The notes beneath the pieces are model-generated. The model worked only from the letters and a program-made list of their open reading frames with translations. It did not search any database and had not been told where the DNA came from. Of a DNA stretch of 64,000 nucleotides, positions 60,854 through 64,000 are shown piece by piece. Numbering within the stretch: position 1 is the stretch's first letter; each line of letters opens with the position of its first letter. Source of the stretch: Candidatus Bathyarchaeota archaeon (GTDB taxonomy: Archaea > Thermoproteota > Bathyarchaeia > Bathyarchaeales > Bathycorpusculaceae); NCBI GenBank assembly GCA_963827165.1, contig CAWGZR010000009.1, positions 64,001 through 128,000 of the forward strand. The letters run 5' to 3'. The position numbers and the translations under genes were made by a program.

Positions 60854-61096
60854 TTACTTTTTTTCTAGCTGCCGCTCATACACGTGTTCAGGTATAGGCG
60901 GAGACAGGGTCTTTTTGCTGTGTAGCTCAGTAGGCGTTACGATGCGTCTTTCGCCTGTTTTAACCTTGACTCGTTCGCCATCTGCAAAATCCTCAAAGTC
61001 TTCCAAGGCTTCAACAATCCAGTAACCTTCGCTTTTTGTTACAACCTTAACTTTGTAAAGTCCCCTATAATACAAAAAATCGTTCATAAAAACCAT
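60854..61096 (-). CDS. Small beta-rich hypothetical protein (possibly extends to 60804 via A7 run)
   Basis: 80-aa ORF; stop immediately follows A AAA AAG. Confidence 0.65.
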   Translation of the reverse strand: MVFMNDFLYYRGLYKVKVVTKSEGYWIVEALEDFEDFADGERVKVKTGERRIVTPTELHSKKTLSPPIPEHVYERQLEKK

Positions 61097-61142
61097 TTAT
61101 ACCTATGCATTTGGCGGTAAATAAACGCTTCATTCACCGCGG

Positions 61143-62495
61143 CTACAACAAATACTGCTTACCCTTCTCCACAAGCTGCACGTTGCAGCCAACGTTACCC
61201 ATAAACTTCTTGAACAACTCGGCGTTCTCGGTATGAATCGGAAAAACCTGCTTTGCACCCATCTTTTTCAATGCGGCTTTAAGTGGCAGAGGCATCATGT
61301 GTCCTGACACGTGAACGTGATATTGAGGCAAACCATAGTGGCTAAGCCAATTAACCAATCGGTCATAATCGATTTCCATCTCTTCGTTAAATGGCTCCGA
61401 AGCAGACAAGACGTAGCAGCTTCCAGCAGTTGGTTGAATGCTGATAAGCTCTTCGAAATCGTAGAAGCTCACTGCTAAAACCACTTTGCACTGTTGCTTC
61501 GAAACATCGAACACATCCAAAACCTTGTTTTCCCCGCCCAAACGCTCCATCAACCTGGTTTCCCATTTTTCATAACGTTTCTTCGATTTTCGAAAAACCC
61601 GAAGCCCATCATCCTCCAAAGCCGGAACCTTAAGATGCACGTCACCGCTAAGTGCATCCAGTAAATACGCTTGCCTTAGTGAAACCGCAAGGCATCGCTG
61701 ATGCTTCTGGGCGATTCGATGAAAAGTGTTGAGGCGATCAATGTCTGAGTAGCCGAATTCAGCCAACAGAATACCGTCAACCTGTGAAGCAATTTTGTCC
61801 AGTTTCGCTTCAACTTCAACTTCGTTGGAAACTGTTGCACCAATAGTGTTAGTGGCTTCAGTTACAACTGCAACGGGTTCAGCCTCACTTGCTTTTTCCA
61901 CAAACTCATGGGTCATCTCGGGTTTGCCGCCGTGATCTCGGAAATCACCCGTGTAAACTATTGTGCCGTTGGAAGTGTGAATCAGAAAACCATATGCACC
62001 TGGAATTGAATGATCAACATGGAAGGGTTCAACAACAACATCGTCGACTTGAATCTTGGCGCCAGTTCTGAAAACATTGAATTCGATATCACGTACGTCA
62101 AATTCTAGGTCGGCACGTCGAATTTCACTCATAGCGTGCAAGATTGTTTGAGCAGTTTCACCGCAGTAAACAGGAATTTCACGTTTGATAAAAGACAAAT
62201 ACCCAGAATGATCCAGATGGGCATGAGAAAGAAAAACCGCATTCGCTTCGGGCGGCGCAGGATCAAACTTGTAGATACCGCTTAAAGCAGGAAGAATCCC
62301 AAGTTCCTGGAGGCTTTTTTCGTTGCGAGGCGAAAGAAACGGCGGCGAATAAAACTGTTTTTTCGCGGAAAACGACATGCCGAAATCAAAGAAAATTTTT
62401 GTGGCGCGGTCTTGAAGCAGGATTTTGTTTCCTCCGATTTCGTTAACTCCCCCATAGAATGTTAAGGTCGTTTGGTTTTTGACCATGCCGTTCAC
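61143..62495 (-). CDS. MBL-fold metallo-hydrolase, RNase J-like
   Basis: GGVNEIGGN, SHAHLDH, VDHS, YTGD, HVSGH, PIH; sequence shows minus strand (CTA at 61143) despite track label. Confidence 0.88.
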   Translation of the reverse strand: MNGMVKNQTTLTFYGGVNEIGGNKILLQDRATKIFFDFGMSFSAKKQFYSPPFLSPRNEKSLQELGILPALSGIYKFDPAPPEANAVFLSHAHLDHSGYLSFIKREIPVYCGETAQTILHAMSEIRRADLEFDVRDIEFNVFRTGAKIQVDDVVVEPFHVDHSIPGAYGFLIHTSNGTIVYTGDFRDHGGKPEMTHEFVEKASEAEPVAVVTEATNTIGATVSNEVEVEAKLDKIASQVDGILLAEFGYSDIDRLNTFHRIAQKHQRCLAVSLRQAYLLDALSGDVHLKVPALEDDGLRVFRKSKKRYEKWETRLMERLGGENKVLDVFDVSKQQCKVVLAVSFYDFEELISIQPTAGSCYVLSASEPFNEEMEIDYDRLVNWLSHYGLPQYHVHVSGHMMPLPLKAALKKMGAKQVFPIHTENAELFKKFMGNVGCNVQLVEKGKQYLL

Positions 62496-64000
62496 TTCGG
62501 CAACTCAGTTTTTCTACAGACGTTTGCGATTGTCGAGATGATTGACCACATTGTGAAGATGCCAAATACTCTAGTGTACTTAGAGGCCCCTGCGTCTTTG
62601 ATGTCGTTGACGCCTCCGCCAGCTTTCAAGTACCCGTCTATGAAGGCTTTAGAAAATGATTCCGCTTTTGCGTTGCCGCTGTTTAACGGTTGAATGTAAT
62701 GCCCGGAGTAATAGAGGAAGACAGCTATGTCCCAGGCTTTATCACCTTTCTGTGTAGCTTGACTGGCTTGCTCAAAATCTATAAGGAAAATGCTGCCGTC
62801 GGGTTTTACCAACATATTTTCAGGCTTTGTATCGCCCAAAGTTATTCCAAATGAATGAACGCGGGCGAGAATTTCCCCTGCCTTGCTTACCTGGACAAGT
62901 TCGGGCTCAACATTCTCACCTTTCTTAGCCGACCCAATCTTTTTGATTGTTTCATTCAGTCCTTCACCGTCGATGAACTCCATAAAAACCAAACGTTGGG
63001 CATTACTTACGTGAAAAATCTTCGGCACATTGAACCCCTCACTCCTAAGTAGCTCGTTCATGGCGCATTCTTTGGCAAGCCGTGCCTGAGCTGAAACAGA
63101 GAGCGATCTCACCCCCAGAGACCAAACAGTCAAGGGAAACCATTTGAAGCCTGAAAGATCCTTGTAACGTTTCGCAAGGGCTTTTGTTTCAATGTCTTTG
63201 CCGCGGGCACGAATCAAATATACGTCATTTAGCATTCCACCCATCGGCTCAACAGTGACGTTCTCACTCTGTCCTTTCGGCAGCATTTTTTGCGCAAACC
63301 CTTTGATGTCAATCTTATCAGCGAGTGAAAGCAAGCCTTCCGAAGTTTGGAAAAACACGTATTTTAGGGGGTCAGTGATTAGATAGGCTGGGTCGGGAAG
63401 TTTTGGCCAATTGATTTTTTGGGTTTTGAGGTAAATTTCAGTGTTTTGTGAAACGATGCTCATGAGCTGAGGGAAAAAACCGAAAAACGACGTGAAAATC
63501 GTCCGAGGTGCATTCCTCGTTAAATTGAAAATTCGCACCATTGGGTTCTTGCATCGGGCAATGAGTTTATTTGAAATTTTGACGAACCCATCGAAGAAGT
63601 AGATTTTTCCTTCACCCTCAATTGCGGCTAACGCTTCATTGTAGCTGCCAAGAGAATCTTCCTCGTTAAGAGTGACAGCTGCGATGAGGTTTGAAGCGTC
63701 ATATGCGAGAAGAGGAAAAACCCGGATTCGATTCAAAACTACTTCATAGAGGAAATACTGAGGTTTGATCTGCATTCTGCTGGCTAGCTCGGGAAAATTT
63801 ATGGTTAGATTTTCCAGCAACTCTAAAACCAAGCGTTTCTTCAAAGCAACCTCTTGACCATGCAAGTAGTCAGCGCCTGCAATCGTTAAGTATGGAAAAA
63901 TGAGTTTGCTCGCGATCGCTTCTCCTAAGAACCCACGCTCAATGTCCCGTTCAAAAATCCATTGGTCAACAGCCAATACAAAAACGGGTCTTTCTCCGAT
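62492..64000 (-). CDS. Multidomain protein with C-terminal Bud32/RIO/Kdo-like kinase domain (5' truncated by window)
   Basis: GGMLNDVY, AKRY, VPKI, FMEFI, H..GITLGDTKPEN, IDFEQA, WD; frame open to window end on minus strand. Confidence 0.8.
   Translation of the reverse strand: MGERPVFVLAVDQWIFERDIERGFLGEAIASKLIFPYLTIAGADYLHGQEVALKKRLVLELLENLTINFPELASRMQIKPQYFLYEVVLNRIRVFPLLAYDASNLIAAVTLNEEDSLGSYNEALAAIEGEGKIYFFDGFVKISNKLIARCKNPMVRIFNLTRNAPRTIFTSFFGFFPQLMSIVSQNTEIYLKTQKINWPKLPDPAYLITDPLKYVFFQTSEGLLSLADKIDIKGFAQKMLPKGQSENVTVEPMGGMLNDVYLIRARGKDIETKALAKRYKDLSGFKWFPLTVWSLGVRSLSVSAQARLAKECAMNELLRSEGFNVPKIFHVSNAQRLVFMEFIDGEGLNETIKKIGSAKKGENVEPELVQVSKAGEILARVHSFGITLGDTKPENMLVKPDGSIFLIDFEQASQATQKGDKAWDIAVFLYYSGHYIQPLNSGNAKAESFSKAFIDGYLKAGGGVNDIKDAGASKYTRVFGIFTMWSIISTIANVCRKTELPK

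Noticed and set aside
1-64000. Numerous 60-215 aa antisense or overlapping ORFs in the track (e.g. 683-1210, 33509-34156, 40796-41257)
   Set aside because: Shadow ORFs overlapping well-supported genes

Overview
Archaeal chromosomal window. Bathyarchaeia is the most likely host, inferred from gene content (NreA, ATP-dependent ligase, PAC2, TrmI, CDC48, a PEF-CTERM surface protein, many PAS histidine kinases). Housekeeping genes lie at both ends: hemC-cobA-hemD, nreA, lig and trxA on the left, and PAC2 x2, a radical SAM enzyme, trmI, an RNase J-like MBL hydrolase and a kinase on the right. The central highlight is a complete gas vesicle gene cluster on the minus strand (about 19.8-30.5 kb). Its order is gvpA-gvpA-gvpC-like-[small basic ORF]-gvpN-gvpO-(MEDS::PadR, GvpE-like)-gvpF-gvpG-gvpJ'-gvpJ-(Hsp20/GvpH-like)-gvpK-gvpL-(gvpL/F::J-domain)-dnaK-(gvpM::PH/GRAM-like). 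The cluster carries its own Hsp70 with a J-domain fused to a Gvp subunit, and the gvpA and gvpN promoters share a 41-bp motif. It is flanked by an Hsp20/Phr-HSR1/CDC48 proteostasis module and a dense block of wHTH regulators and PAS sensor kinases. No rRNA, tRNA, CRISPR array, integrase or transposase was recognised. The two large ORFs at 61143-62495 and 62492-63976 are on the minus strand, although the supplied track labels them '+'. All family assignments come from motif recognition by eye, without database searches.
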